64,000 nt of DNA. Origin: Vulcanimicrobiota bacterium (GTDB lineage Bacteria; Vulcanimicrobiota; Vulcanimicrobiia; Vulcanimicrobiales; Vulcanimicrobiaceae). The notes below the pieces were generated by a model, which saw only the letters and a program-made list of their open reading frames with translations, was not told the DNA's origin and did not search any database. Numbering within the stretch: position 1 is the first letter of the stretch; each line of letters opens with the position of its first letter. Of the stretch, positions 1-9,339 are shown in pieces. The translations under genes and the position numbers were made by a program. The stretch is taken from positions 2,669,702 through 2,733,701 of the forward strand of contig OY969579.1 of NCBI GenBank assembly GCA_963701255.1, written 5' to 3'.

Positions 1-91
1 GCGCCGCCGAAGGTGAAGATGCGATGGCGCAGCAGCGACGGCCGATACGCGCGCTCCGCGAGTGCCGTTGCGGACGGCGGGGGCGGGTTTT

Positions 92-1537
92 TCAGGCGCC
101 GTCCTCGGCGACCATGCAAGGGGCCATCACCGCATCGCTCATCCCGTGGATCAGGCGTTTGTCGGCCGGCGCCACGGTCGCAAGAACGCCGCCGAGCCGC
201 GTTTCGTCGCCGGCCACGAAATAGTAGGGACACAGCCGCACGCGCCCGTCCATCGTCGCGACGGCGTCGCGTTTGCGGTCGAGGTAGGAGACGCTCACGC
301 GCCGGCCCTTATGAAAGCGTTGCAAGATATGCGGCGATGTTTCGAAGGCGGCGACCGCGTTCGCGATTGCATCGTGCCAGCCGTCCTTGGTCAGGTCGTT
401 GGCGATCTTAACGCCGCGCGAACCCCAGGCGAGTTCGCTGAAACCCGAAGGCTTGATGACGTAATCACGCTCGCTCTTGCCCAGCGTCTCCAGTTCGAGC
501 CAATCGCGCACCGGCGAACCGCCGGCCACCAGGCCCGTGATCGAGCCGTGCGGCGGCAGCGGCCGCGAATCCATCACCCAAGTCATTGGGAAGAGGCGCT
601 GCAAGATCGCGAAGGTGTCGCTGCCGAGTTCGCCGAGCCACAGCTTCGCGAGCGCGGGGTGATGGAGCAGCGCGAAGGTGGACTTTTCTTCGAGCTGGGC
701 CTTTGGCGGCGGCGTCATCTTGACCCGGTTGTGGCGGGCCGCATAGAGCATCAGCTCTTGTTTGGGCACGTTGAGCAGATCGAAGAGTTCGAAGTTGCGA
801 TAGAGGATATCGACCTTCGCCTCGCGCCCGTCGGCATGGCGGACGAAGAGCGCCTCTTCGGTGAAAATGATGTCTTGCGGTTCGCAGACGAGCGCCTCGG
901 CGGTGCCGCGTTCGTTCATGCGCTCAGCCAGCCAGCGCAGTTCGTTGCGATAGTCGCCGGATTCGTCGGAGACGACGATCGCGACGGCCGGGCGCTCGAC
1001 CTGCGCCGTCGCCGCCAGCATCGCCGCAAAGCCGTCCGCCATGCCGTCGGTTTCGCCGACGGTATCGAACCCCAGCTCGCAGTACGCCCGCGCCATCGCA
1101 GCGACGAATCCCATCCCGCCCGGAATCGAATCGAGTTCGCTGGCGATGAATCCGCCGCTCTCGGTGAGGATGAGATCGGGGCGAATCACGCGGGGAACGT
1201 CGCTCTTGAAACGATTCTGGCGCGCCAACCGCACGATGAAATCGGGCTTCCCGCGGTCGAGATAGTCGGCGATGAAGTCGGGAGCACTGCCGCGCACGCT
1301 GCGCGCGTAGAGCGCCGAGACCGCGCGATAGAATGCCAGCAGATGCGGTCCCAGTGCCGTGATGCGCTCGACCGTCGCCGGCGCGAGCCGAAACGGTTCC
1401 GGCGAGACCCGCCACGCGATGCTCGGGACTTCGCCCGTTTCGCCCGCGCCCCGGAAGAGATCGCCGGGAAGGTGCTCGATCACATAGCGAGCGCGCTCGG
1501 CGGGCATGAGGTCAGGATCGATCGCCGTACAAGGCAT
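92..1537 (-). CDS. circularly permuted ATP-grasp / glutathionylspermidine-synthase-like protein (family assignment tentative)
   Basis: 481-aa ORF with normal amino-acid composition. The opposite-strand ORF 62..1756 is Arg/Gly/Ala-rich shadow. Segments such as RPDLILTESGGFIASELDSIPGGMGF resemble CP-ATP-grasp proteins from memory; not search-verified. Confidence 0.55.
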   Translation of the reverse strand: MPCTAIDPDLMPAERARYVIEHLPGDLFRGAGETGEVPSIAWRVSPEPFRLAPATVERITALGPHLLAFYRAVSALYARSVRGSAPDFIADYLDRGKPDFIVRLARQNRFKSDVPRVIRPDLILTESGGFIASELDSIPGGMGFVAAMARAYCELGFDTVGETDGMADGFAAMLAATAQVERPAVAIVVSDESGDYRNELRWLAERMNERGTAEALVCEPQDIIFTEEALFVRHADGREAKVDILYRNFELFDLLNVPKQELMLYAARHNRVKMTPPPKAQLEEKSTFALLHHPALAKLWLGELGSDTFAILQRLFPMTWVMDSRPLPPHGSITGLVAGGSPVRDWLELETLGKSERDYVIKPSGFSELAWGSRGVKIANDLTKDGWHDAIANAVAAFETSPHILQRFHKGRRVSVSYLDRKRDAVATMDGRVRLCPYYFVAGDETRLGGVLATVAPADKRLIHGMSDAVMAPCMVAEDGA

Positions 1538-1575
1538 CGCTGCTCAAAACCGCGACCGTGCGATTGGGTTGCGAT

Positions 1576-1956
1576 TCAGTCGACCGGCCGAACGGGGATC
1601 GCGCCGGGTGTGAGCAGACCGCCGGCCATGCGCGTCACGCCGCCGGCGAAGCGCAGTTGCAGGTGCAGCGCGCGCGGGATGCCCAGCGGTGCGAGGTCGA
1701 CATCGTCGCCGGCTCGCGAGACGGCGGCCCCCGGGACGAGTTCGATGCTGACCTGATGGACGACGGACTTGCCGCCTGCGGCGAAGGTCTCGGTCACCCG
1801 AACCGCGCCGGCGCTCACCGGTGCACTGCAGAAGGTCGCATCGACCGCGGCTTCCGGCGTCCCGAAGTGTTGCACGACGCAACCGTTCTGAGCGCCGGCC
1901 GGCAGGGCGGAGGCGGCGCCAGCGAGCGCGACGGCGAAGACGAACGCAAGACGCAT
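1576..1956 (-). CDS. small secreted hypothetical protein
   Basis: Track ORF is 1576..2019. I prefer internal Met22 (start 1956) because MRLAFVFAVALAGAASALPAGA is a classic signal peptide and this avoids overlap with the divergent GNAT gene. No recognisable domain. Confidence 0.5.
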   Translation of the reverse strand: MRLAFVFAVALAGAASALPAGAQNGCVVQHFGTPEAAVDATFCSAPVSAGAVRVTETFAAGGKSVVHQVSIELVPGAAVSRAGDDVDLAPLGIPRALHLQLRFAGGVTRMAGGLLTPGAIPVRPVD

Positions 1957-1963
1957 ACGACTG

Positions 1964-2575
1964 ATGAACGATGACACTCGCTCGATCGTTGCGGTTCGTC
2001 CGATGCGCCGCGACGACATCGATGCGTTCGCGACCTGGGGACACTCGAACGATCCGCTCGACGCTCCCTACGACATCCCGCCGCTGGACCGGTTCGCGGC
2101 CGATTCCCTGTGGCGCTTTCTCTCGAGCGACCCGGCCACGCGGCGTCCCTATGCCGGGCTCATCGACGGCCGGTTTGCGGCGCAGCTCCTGGTGCGAGCG
2201 ACCGGCGAATCCGGGGTCGCCGATATCGGGATCACGCTCGACCCCTCGCTGCGCGGCCGGGGCTTCGGCACCCGTATCCTGCGCTCGCTCGGTCGTGAAC
2301 TCTCCGAGCGGGACGGGGTCGCCCGGCTGACGCTCGAGGTTGCGGCCTATAACCTCCGCGCGCAACGCGCGTATCGTGCGGCGGGTTTCGTTTCACGCGG
2401 GGAACGCTTCGGGCCGCCCGATCCGGGCCTCGACCTCGCGGTCCTGGCGGGCGGACCGGCGGCCGGGCGTCTCGCAGGCCACATCGCGCTCATCGAAGGA
2501 GTCTGGTGCGTCCGGATCATCCGTATGGAACGGGCGCTTGCCGCCGAAGGTCCCACCGAACACCCCTATGCCTGA
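1964..2575 (+). CDS. GNAT family N-acetyltransferase
   Basis: 203-aa ORF with the acetyl-CoA binding signature LRGRGFGTRIL followed by NLRAQRAYRAAGF. The start could alternatively be Met14 (2003). Confidence 0.75.
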   Translation: MNDDTRSIVAVRPMRRDDIDAFATWGHSNDPLDAPYDIPPLDRFAADSLWRFLSSDPATRRPYAGLIDGRFAAQLLVRATGESGVADIGITLDPSLRGRGFGTRILRSLGRELSERDGVARLTLEVAAYNLRAQRAYRAAGFVSRGERFGPPDPGLDLAVLAGGPAAGRLAGHIALIEGVWCVRIIRMERALAAEGPTEHPYA

Positions 2576-3380
2576 TATTCGTCTCATCGCCCTCGACCTC
2601 GACGGCACCCTCCTCGCGCCCGACGAATCCGTCTCCCTGCGCAATCGCCGCGCGATCGCCGACGCGCTCGGCGCCGGGATCCGGGTCGTGCTCGTCACGG
2701 GCCGCGGCCTCGACACGCCGGTTGCGATCTCGCGCGATCTTGGGTTGAACCTGCCGGTGATCTGTTGTCACGGAGCGCTGACCAAAGACTTCGCCGCCAA
2801 CAAGACCTTGGTCCACATCCCCGTGCCGCTGATCTACGCGAAACCGATGGTGGAATACGCGGAGAAGAACCAGCTCGGCATCGCGCTCTATCTCAACGAG
2901 TCGTTTCACCGCCTAACCGGCTCGCCGGTCGTGATGGCCGACATGACCGGGCCGGGCTGGCGCGAAGCGGCCTCGCTGCACGAGTTGCTCGGTGAAGCGC
3001 CGACGTTCATCCGCTTTCTGGGCCAGGAATCGGTGACCGCGATGCTGGCACGTTTCGGCGACCTGCCGCTCAATTTCCGGCTCGAACACTGGGGAGCGTT
3101 CGTCGAGTGCGCCGTGCTGAGCCGCGAGGCGTCCAAGCACGCCGCGCTGGCGCGGTTGTGCGCCGATTTTCAGATTCCGGCCGACAACGTGCTGGCCGTC
3201 GGCGATTCGCGCAACGACGTGCCGATGCTGCGCTGGGCCGGGATCGGCGTGGCGATGGGCAACTCGCTTCCCGAAGTTCGCGAGGCCGTCCGGTACGTCA
3301 CCACGAGCAACGAGCGCGACGGCGTCGCCCTTGCGATCGAACGCTTCGCGTTCCCGCAGCGCCGGACGAAGTCGGCATGA
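2568..3380 (+). CDS. HAD-IIB (Cof-type) sugar phosphatase
   Basis: Internal Met77 of track ORF 2340..3380 gives MPDIRLIALDLDGTLL (HAD motif I DxDGT). C-terminal GDSRNDVPML..GIGVAMGN are HAD motifs III/IV. It overlaps the GNAT stop by 8 nt. Confidence 0.85.
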   Translation: MPDIRLIALDLDGTLLAPDESVSLRNRRAIADALGAGIRVVLVTGRGLDTPVAISRDLGLNLPVICCHGALTKDFAANKTLVHIPVPLIYAKPMVEYAEKNQLGIALYLNESFHRLTGSPVVMADMTGPGWREAASLHELLGEAPTFIRFLGQESVTAMLARFGDLPLNFRLEHWGAFVECAVLSREASKHAALARLCADFQIPADNVLAVGDSRNDVPMLRWAGIGVAMGNSLPEVREAVRYVTTSNERDGVALAIERFAFPQRRTKSA

Positions 3381-3631
3381 ACGGCTCGCCCGCGCCCACC
3401 TATGAAGACCGCTTACGCACGATCCTCGCGGCGCGTGACTGGGAAGGGCTCCGCGAATTCTCGCGGACGCAGAACGAGATCCCCGAGGACGTCTACGTGA
3501 AAGACCGGCACTTCTGGGAAGTGCTCTTGCACAAGCTGACCGTCAACCGGTTCGATCTGCTCGGGCTGCACGACGACTCGCGCGCCTGGCTCAGCGAGCA
3601 CGGGTACACGACCGACCTCGGCGGCTACTGA
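3377..3631 (+). CDS. hypothetical protein (84 aa)
   Basis: Met91 of track ORF 3107..3631. ATGA overlap with the HAD stop and a 1-nt overlap with the moaD start, with non-shadow composition. No recognisable domain. Confidence 0.55.
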   Translation: MNGSPAPTYEDRLRTILAARDWEGLREFSRTQNEIPEDVYVKDRHFWEVLLHKLTVNRFDLLGLHDDSRAWLSEHGYTTDLGGY

Positions 3632-3876
3632 TGCGTGTCCGCGTGGTGACCTTCGCCCGCCTGCGCGAACTCGTCGGCTTCGGCGAGCGCAGCGTGGAGT
3701 GTCCGGCCGGCGCGACGCTCGACGAGTTGTGGCTCCAGCTCGCGACCGGGATCCCCGACCTGCAAGCGCTGCGGGCCTCGACGCGCTTCGCGCGCAACGG
3801 CGCGCTGGCAGCCGGCGGCACGGCGCTGCAGGAGGGGGACGAAGTGGCCCTCTTGCCGCCGGTCGGTGGCGGATGA
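3631..3876 (+). CDS. moaD: molybdopterin synthase sulfur-carrier subunit MoaD
   Basis: 81 aa of ubiquitin-like ThiS/MoaD length, ending in the diagnostic C-terminal GG (..LLPPVGGG). It immediately precedes moaE. Confidence 0.9.
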   Translation: MRVRVVTFARLRELVGFGERSVECPAGATLDELWLQLATGIPDLQALRASTRFARNGALAAGGTALQEGDEVALLPPVGGG

Positions 3877-4301
3877 TCCGCCTGCAACGTGAACCGATCG
3901 TGCTGCAGACGCTGATCGACGCGGTGCGCGACGATGCGCACGGCGCGATCGCGACGTTTCTCGGAGTGACGCGCGCGACGTCGAACGGTGATCCGCGCCC
4001 GGTCGTCGCGCTCGACTACGAGGCCTATCCCGTCATGGCCGAAGCGCAGCTCTCGCAGATCGCGGACGCCGTGCAAAAAAAATTCGGACCGCTGCGCATC
4101 GCGATCGTTCACCGGACCGGAACGGTCGCGCTCGGGGAACCGTCGGTCGCGATCGCGGTCGGAACCCCGCACCGCGCGGCCGCCTTCGCGGCCTGCTCGT
4201 ATGCGATCGATGAACTGAAGAGCCACGTCGAAATCTGGAAGAACGAACGCTACGCCGGCGGCGCGCATGCCTGGCAGGCCAATCGTGAGGCGAGCCCGTG
4301 A
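3873..4301 (+). CDS. moaE: molybdopterin synthase catalytic subunit MoaE
   Basis: Met59 of track ORF 3699..4301, with ATGA overlap with moaD. Segments GAIATFLGVTR, YEAYPVMAE and SVAIAVGTPHR..AF..C.YAID.LK..V.IWK are MoaE-like. Confidence 0.9.
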   Translation: MIRLQREPIVLQTLIDAVRDDAHGAIATFLGVTRATSNGDPRPVVALDYEAYPVMAEAQLSQIADAVQKKFGPLRIAIVHRTGTVALGEPSVAIAVGTPHRAAAFAACSYAIDELKSHVEIWKNERYAGGAHAWQANREASP

Positions 4302-5062
4302 GCGGGCTCGAACTCGCGCGGGTCAACGGACGGCGCAACGAGATCGCGGTGCTGGTCTATCCGCCGCGCCGCGCGCGCGGCATCGGGATCGTCGCCGCCC
4401 ACGGCTACTCCAGCTCGAAGCAGAATCTCGATCTGCTGTGCGCGTTCCTCGCCTCGCACGGGTTCACGGTCTACAGCCTGGATTTGCCCGGCCACAAACT
4501 CGGTGCCAGCGGGGGGACGCTGCGCGCCGTCGACGATCTGACCGACGCGTTCGCGGCCGCGGTGCGGTTCGCGCGCGAGCGCGGCGAGACGACGCTCTAC
4601 GCGCTGGGTCACAGTTTGGGCGCGACGACCGCACTCTACGCGACGGCGGTCGATCCCGGCCTCGCGGGCGTGATCGCGATCGCGACCGGCTACGGCCGGC
4701 CGCAGGCGCTCGAAGCGCTGCGCGGGCGCGGCGTGTTCGATCTGCGCTCGGGGTACGTCGTTGGGCTCTCGCTGCCGGAGATCGTGGCCGAATGGCAACC
4801 GGTGCTCGCGGCGTCGCTGCCGGGCTTGGGCGCGCGGCCCAAGCTCTTCGTGGCCGCCGAACGCGACATGATGGTCAGCCGCGCGAGCGTCGAGGAACTC
4901 GCCGCGCGCGTGCCGCAGCCGGCGACGCTGGTGACGATCCCGAGCGACCACACCTACGCGGGCGAAAACGCGCGCAACGCCGTGCTGACGTTTCTCAACG
5001 CGCTCCATCCCCGCAGCGAGGCCGTGCTCGCCGACCCGGCCGCTGCCGACGCGGCGCTCTAG
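4298..5062 (+). CDS. alpha/beta-fold hydrolase
   Basis: 254 aa with the nucleophile elbow GHSLG and a late Asp/His (IPSDHTY). GTG start in GTGA overlap with the moaE stop. Confidence 0.75.
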   Translation: MSGLELARVNGRRNEIAVLVYPPRRARGIGIVAAHGYSSSKQNLDLLCAFLASHGFTVYSLDLPGHKLGASGGTLRAVDDLTDAFAAAVRFARERGETTLYALGHSLGATTALYATAVDPGLAGVIAIATGYGRPQALEALRGRGVFDLRSGYVVGLSLPEIVAEWQPVLAASLPGLGARPKLFVAAERDMMVSRASVEELAARVPQPATLVTIPSDHTYAGENARNAVLTFLNALHPRSEAVLADPAAADAAL

Positions 5063-5063
5063 C

Positions 5064-6185
5064 GTGGCGACGCTCGCCGGCAGCGCGAACCTGCGCCGCT
5101 ACTCGCGCCATCTGCTCGTCCCCGAAGTCGGGCTCGCCGGACAGGAACGGCTGGCGAACGCGCGCGTTCTGTGCGTCGGCGCGGGCGGGCTGGGTTCGCC
5201 CGTGATCGCCTATTTGGCCGCGGCCGGGATCGGGCGGCTGGGGATCGTCGACGACGACGTGGTCGACCTCACCAACCTGCAGCGCCAGGTCCTCTACGCA
5301 ACCGGCAACGTCGGTTCATCCAAGGCGCACACGGCCGCCGCGCGCGCGCACGCGCTCAACCCGCAGATCGCCGTCGATGCGTTCGCGGTGCGGCTCGACG
5401 AGCACAACGCGCGCGACCTGGTGCGCGCCTACGATGTGATCGTCGATGCGACCGATACGTTCGCTTCGCGCTATCTCGTCAACGACGCGGCCTATCTCGA
5501 AGGGAAGCCCAACGTCTGCGGTTCGATCTTCCGCTTCGACGGCCAGCTCTCGATCTTCGGCGCGAGCGGCGGCCCGTGTTATCGCTGCCTGTATCCCGAG
5601 GCGCCGCCCGCCCATTTGGTCCCGACCTGCGCGGACGGCGGCGTGCTGGGAACCTTGGCCGGGATCGTCGGCACCTGGCAGGCCTCGGAGGTGCTCAAGT
5701 GGGTCCTGGGCATCGGCGAATCGCTCGCCGGCCGGCTGATGCTCGTCGACGCGCGGGATGCGCGCGTGCGCGAAGTGCGCATCGAGCGCGATCCGGCCTG
5801 TGCGCTGTGCGGTGAGGCGCCCACGATTCGCGAACTGCGCGCGTTACCGCAAGACGAACCGCCGCCCACCACGATCCCGCAGGTGGCGGCGGCCGAACTC
5901 GGCGCTTTGCTCGAACGGACCGGCGCGATCGTGCTCGACGTGCGGGAGCCGCACGAGCGCGCGCTCGGTACGCCGGCCGGCGCGCTCGCGATCCCGGCGC
6001 GCGAACTCGAGGGCCGGCTTCACGAACTCGACACGGCGCGCACCTACGTCGTGGCCTGCCGCGTCGGCCGGGTCTCGCGCTGGGCGGCGGAACGTTTGCG
6101 CGACGCGGGTTTCGGCCGCGTCTATCACCTCGACGGCGGCCTCTTGGCCTACGCCGCCTTCAGCGACGCCTTCGACGCATTCTGA
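5064..6185 (+). CDS. moeB: molybdopterin-synthase adenylyltransferase MoeB/MoeZ type with C-terminal rhodanese domain
   Basis: ThiF/MoeB fold with VGAGGLGS nucleotide loop and CxxC pairs (CYRC, CALC). The C-terminal rhodanese has an active-site loop, VACRVGRVS. Confidence 0.9.
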   Translation: MATLAGSANLRRYSRHLLVPEVGLAGQERLANARVLCVGAGGLGSPVIAYLAAAGIGRLGIVDDDVVDLTNLQRQVLYATGNVGSSKAHTAAARAHALNPQIAVDAFAVRLDEHNARDLVRAYDVIVDATDTFASRYLVNDAAYLEGKPNVCGSIFRFDGQLSIFGASGGPCYRCLYPEAPPAHLVPTCADGGVLGTLAGIVGTWQASEVLKWVLGIGESLAGRLMLVDARDARVREVRIERDPACALCGEAPTIRELRALPQDEPPPTTIPQVAAAELGALLERTGAIVLDVREPHERALGTPAGALAIPARELEGRLHELDTARTYVVACRVGRVSRWAAERLRDAGFGRVYHLDGGLLAYAAFSDAFDAF

Positions 6186-6198
6186 GGAACTGAGAATC

Positions 6199-6735
6199 GT
6201 GCTGCACGTACTCCCGACCCGCTTTCCCGAGGCCAAGGTGTTCGTCCCCGACGTATACGCCGACGAGCGCGGGTTCTTCAAGGAAGTCTGGTCGCGCCCC
6301 AAATACGCGGCGGTCTTCGGCGACATCCCGCAGGTTTGGGATCAGGACTCGGTCTCGCGTTCGCGGCGCGGCGTGCTGCGCGGGATGCACTACGATTTCC
6401 GGATGGCGAAACTCGTGCAGTGTCTGGCGGGCGAGATCTTCGACTGTATCGTCGATCTGCGCCGTGAATCGCCGGCCTATCTGCAGTGGGAAGGCTTTCA
6501 CTTGAGCGCCGGCAATCATCGGCAACTGTTCGTTCCGGCCGGCTTCGGCCACGGATTCTTGGCGCTGGCCGACGACGTGGTCGTGCACTATAAGAACAGC
6601 GTGCCGTTCGATGCCGCAAGCGAAGGCGCGGTGAGTTGGCGCAATCCGCGGATCGGGATCGACTGGCCGCTGAACGGCGAAGCGCCGCTGCTCTCCGCGA
6701 AAGATGCCGCGGTACCGCTCGACGCCCTCCCGTGA
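6199..6735 (+). CDS. rmlC: dTDP-4-dehydrorhamnose 3,5-epimerase family (RmlC-like cupin)
   Basis: GTG at 6199 (residue 148 of track ORF 5758..6735), 10 nt after GAGGA. Segments DERGFFKE, GVLRGMHY, VDLRRESP and PAGFGHGF match the RmlC family. The upstream part of the track ORF overlaps moeB in another frame. Confidence 0.8.
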   Translation: MLHVLPTRFPEAKVFVPDVYADERGFFKEVWSRPKYAAVFGDIPQVWDQDSVSRSRRGVLRGMHYDFRMAKLVQCLAGEIFDCIVDLRRESPAYLQWEGFHLSAGNHRQLFVPAGFGHGFLALADDVVVHYKNSVPFDAASEGAVSWRNPRIGIDWPLNGEAPLLSAKDAAVPLDALP

Positions 6736-7580
6736 TCGCGCGGCCGTTCGGCCCGACCGGAGCGAACGTTCCGATCGTCGGCCAGGGGAGCTGGAACATC
6801 CCGACCCGCGGCGCGGCCGCCGACGAGGCCAAACGCGCGCTGCGCGCCGGGATCGAATGCGGCATGGTTCACCTCGATACGGCCGAGATGTACGGCGACG
6901 GCGCCGCGGAGGAGCTGATCGGCGCGGCGATCCGCGGCCTGCCGCGCGAGCGGTTGTTCATCGTCTCGAAGGTGCTGCCGTCCAACGCGAGCTTCGCGGG
7001 GACGATCGCGGCCTGCGACCGATCGCTGGCGCGCTTGGGGATCGAGTATCTCGATTGTTACCTCCTGCACTGGCGCGCGATGACGCCGCTGCGGGAGACG
7101 ATGCGGGCGTTCGAGCTACTCGTCGCCGGCGGGAAGATCCGCGCGCTGGGGGTGAGCAACTTCAACGTCGACGATCTCGAAGAGGCGCGCAACGCGCTCG
7201 AACGCGAACCGCTCGCGTGCAACCAAGTGCTCTACCATCTGAACGAGCGCACGATCGAGGATCACGAGTTGCTCTACGCGCGCCGGCACGACATCGCGAC
7301 GGTCGCCTACACGCCGTTCGGACGCGGCGCGTACGAACGCTCGGCGGGGTATCCGGCGCTCGTCGCGATCGCAAAACGCTGCGGCGCGACGCCGCGGCAA
7401 GTCGTGCTCGCCTTCCTGGCCCGGTTCGCGGATACGTTCGTGATCTCCAAGGCGGCGAGCGCGGCGCACGCACGGGAGAACGCCGCCGCCGGCGATCTGC
7501 AACTCACGGAAGCAAACGTCGCCGCAATCGCGCAGGCGTATCCGGCCGGCCGCCGGCGTGGTGGACTGCCGTCGATCTGA
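6732..7580 (+). CDS. aldo/keto reductase
   Basis: GTG at 6732 in GTGA overlap with the rmlC stop. Segments LDTAEMYG, SKV, LEYLDCYLLHW and GVSNF are AKR signatures. Confidence 0.85.
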   Translation: MIARPFGPTGANVPIVGQGSWNIPTRGAAADEAKRALRAGIECGMVHLDTAEMYGDGAAEELIGAAIRGLPRERLFIVSKVLPSNASFAGTIAACDRSLARLGIEYLDCYLLHWRAMTPLRETMRAFELLVAGGKIRALGVSNFNVDDLEEARNALEREPLACNQVLYHLNERTIEDHELLYARRHDIATVAYTPFGRGAYERSAGYPALVAIAKRCGATPRQVVLAFLARFADTFVISKAASAAHARENAAAGDLQLTEANVAAIAQAYPAGRRRGGLPSI

Positions 7581-8695
7581 GCCTTCGCGAACGGATCATC
7601 GCCGGCGTGCGGGCCGCCGGCGCCGATGCCGTGCGCATCGCCGGCGCGGAACCGCTGGCGCAGACGCGCGCGCAGTTGGAGGCCGCGTATGCGCGCGGGG
7701 ACCTCGCAACCTGGCCGTACGATGCGGCGCACGCCCGGCGGGCAGCCGACCCGGGCTCGATCTTGGCCGCCGCCCGCAGCGTCATCTGCATCGCAGTCGC
7801 CTACGCGACGCCGCCTGCGCGACCGCGCCGCGGACGTGGCCGGGTCGCGTCCTATGCCTGGCCGGCCGATTATCATCGCCGTATGCGCGCGCTCTTGCAA
7901 ACCGTGGCCGAGACGGTTGCGGTGCTCGCCCCGGAGGCGGAGTGTGCGATCGCGTGCGATACGGCGCCGCTGGCCGAACGGGCCTTCGCAGCCCGGGCCG
8001 GCCTAGGCTGGATCGGCAAGCACACCAATCTGATCGCACCGGGACTCGGTTCGTACGTCTTCTTGGGCGAGGTCGTCACGACGCTTGCGCTCGCGCCCGA
8101 TACGCCGCTGCGAACCTCGTGCGGATCCTGTACGCGCTGCGTCGACGTTTGTCCGACGCGAGCGTTGCGCGGCGACTATACGATCGACGCCACCCGCTGC
8201 ATCTCCGATCTCACCCAGCGCACCGGCGTCATCCCGCGGGAGCTGCGCCCATTGCTCGGCGACTGGGTGTGGGGTTGCGATCTCTGCCAGGACGTGTGCC
8301 CGCCGACCCGGCGCGCCGCGCGCGATCGCACGGCCTTCGCGCCGCTCGATGCCCAAGGCGCCGCGCCGGACCTGCAGCAACTCTTGGCGCTGCGCAGCGG
8401 AACGTTCAAGCGCCGGTACGCGCCGACCGCGATGGGCTGGCGCGGCGCCGCCGTGCTGCGCCGCAACGCTGCCGTGGCGCTGGGAAACAACCTCGATCGC
8501 GCCAACGTCGACGCGCTGGCCCGAGCCTTGCGGGAGGACCCGCATCCGGACGTGCGCGCGCACGTGGCGTGGGCGCTGGGGCGCATCGGCTCGCCCAAGG
8601 CGGACGCGGCCTTGCGCGCGGCGCTCGCCGCCGAATCCCAAAGCTTGGTAATTGCTGAGATTTGCGCGGCTTTGGAACTCCGCTCCACCGGGTAG
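7577..8695 (+). CDS. queG: epoxyqueuosine reductase QueG (4Fe-4S, C-terminal HEAT-like repeats)
   Basis: Segments GLGWIGKHTNLI, CGSCTRCVDVCPT and CISDLTQ...WGCDLCQDVCP are present. The start is uncertain: CTG 7577 (a CTGA overlap with the AKR stop, mirroring the other junctions) or GTG 7607. The track ORF start 6704 is an out-of-frame overlap with the AKR gene. Confidence 0.8.
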   Translation: MSLRERIIAGVRAAGADAVRIAGAEPLAQTRAQLEAAYARGDLATWPYDAAHARRAADPGSILAAARSVICIAVAYATPPARPRRGRGRVASYAWPADYHRRMRALLQTVAETVAVLAPEAECAIACDTAPLAERAFAARAGLGWIGKHTNLIAPGLGSYVFLGEVVTTLALAPDTPLRTSCGSCTRCVDVCPTRALRGDYTIDATRCISDLTQRTGVIPRELRPLLGDWVWGCDLCQDVCPPTRRAARDRTAFAPLDAQGAAPDLQQLLALRSGTFKRRYAPTAMGWRGAAVLRRNAAVALGNNLDRANVDALARALREDPHPDVRAHVAWALGRIGSPKADAALRAALAAESQSLVIAEICAALELRSTG

Positions 8696-8700
8696 GCGTT

Positions 8701-9339
8701 ATGGTCCGGATGAGACTTTTGCTCAGCTCCCTGGCCGCACTTTGTGGTGCCGTCTTGCTGCTGGCCGCTTCCGGCGCGCCCGATCAAGACAACGTCTACG
8801 CCCGCATGCAGAAGCTCAACCCCACGCTGAAGTCGTATCAAGCCAACGTTCGCGTGGCGGTCGTGACGCACTCGTTTCCGTTCTTGAGCCCGACGCTGGC
8901 AGGAACCGTGTACTTCAAGTCTCCCGACCGCAGCGCGATCGAATTCAAAACGATTCCGGCGATCGCCAATCAGGTGAAGAAGATCGTCGCGTCGCTCGAA
9001 CCGGCCAGCGAATGGCCGCGCATCTACGACGTAACGCCGGTGAGCGACGACGGAACAACGTCGGCCTTCCGGCTCGTGCGCAAGAAGCATGGCCGGATCG
9101 ATCATGTGGACGTGACGGTCGACGACAAGACGGCGACGGTCACCGGGATGACCTATACGTACAACGACAACGGCGGCTCGATCTCGTTCAAGCAGACCTG
9201 GGACGAGATCGACGGGAATTTCGTGCTCCAGTCGCAGACCGGGAAGGTCGACATCCCGCATTACAACGCCGACGTGACCTCGACGTTCAGCGACTACCAG
9301 CTCAACGTCCCCGTTTCGGACACCGTGTTCGACGCTTAG
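8701..9339 (+). CDS. secreted LolA-like / outer-membrane lipoprotein-sorting fold protein (tentative)
   Basis: Met14 of the track ORF gives MVRMRLLLSSLAALCGAVLLLAASGA, a signal peptide. The beta-rich body resembles LolA/DUF4367-type proteins; the function is not verified. Confidence 0.5.
   Translation: MVRMRLLLSSLAALCGAVLLLAASGAPDQDNVYARMQKLNPTLKSYQANVRVAVVTHSFPFLSPTLAGTVYFKSPDRSAIEFKTIPAIANQVKKIVASLEPASEWPRIYDVTPVSDDGTTSAFRLVRKKHGRIDHVDVTVDDKTATVTGMTYTYNDNGGSISFKQTWDEIDGNFVLQSQTGKVDIPHYNADVTSTFSDYQLNVPVSDTVFDA

Noticed and set aside
1-91. Possible 5' end of another minus-strand gene downstream of the ATP-grasp-like gene
   Set aside because: There is no ATG, GTG or TTG on the minus strand in these 91 nt, and the sequence is too short to judge.
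62-1756. 564-aa + strand ORF covering the first 1.7 kb
   Set aside because: It is antisense to the well-formed ATP-grasp-like gene (92..1537). Its composition is dominated by Arg, Ala, Gly and Glu with no recognisable motif. This is a typical high-GC shadow ORF.
6704-7576. Long N-terminal extensions of track ORFs (queG 6704, rmlC 5758, AKR 6636, HAD 2340, fliD 31077, B genes 39743/44482, 45582, 51481, 54257, 61478 and others)
   Set aside because: The extensions overlap the preceding real gene in another frame and are Arg/Pro-rich. Internal starts reproduce tight ATGA/GTGA junctions and align with the expected protein N-termini.
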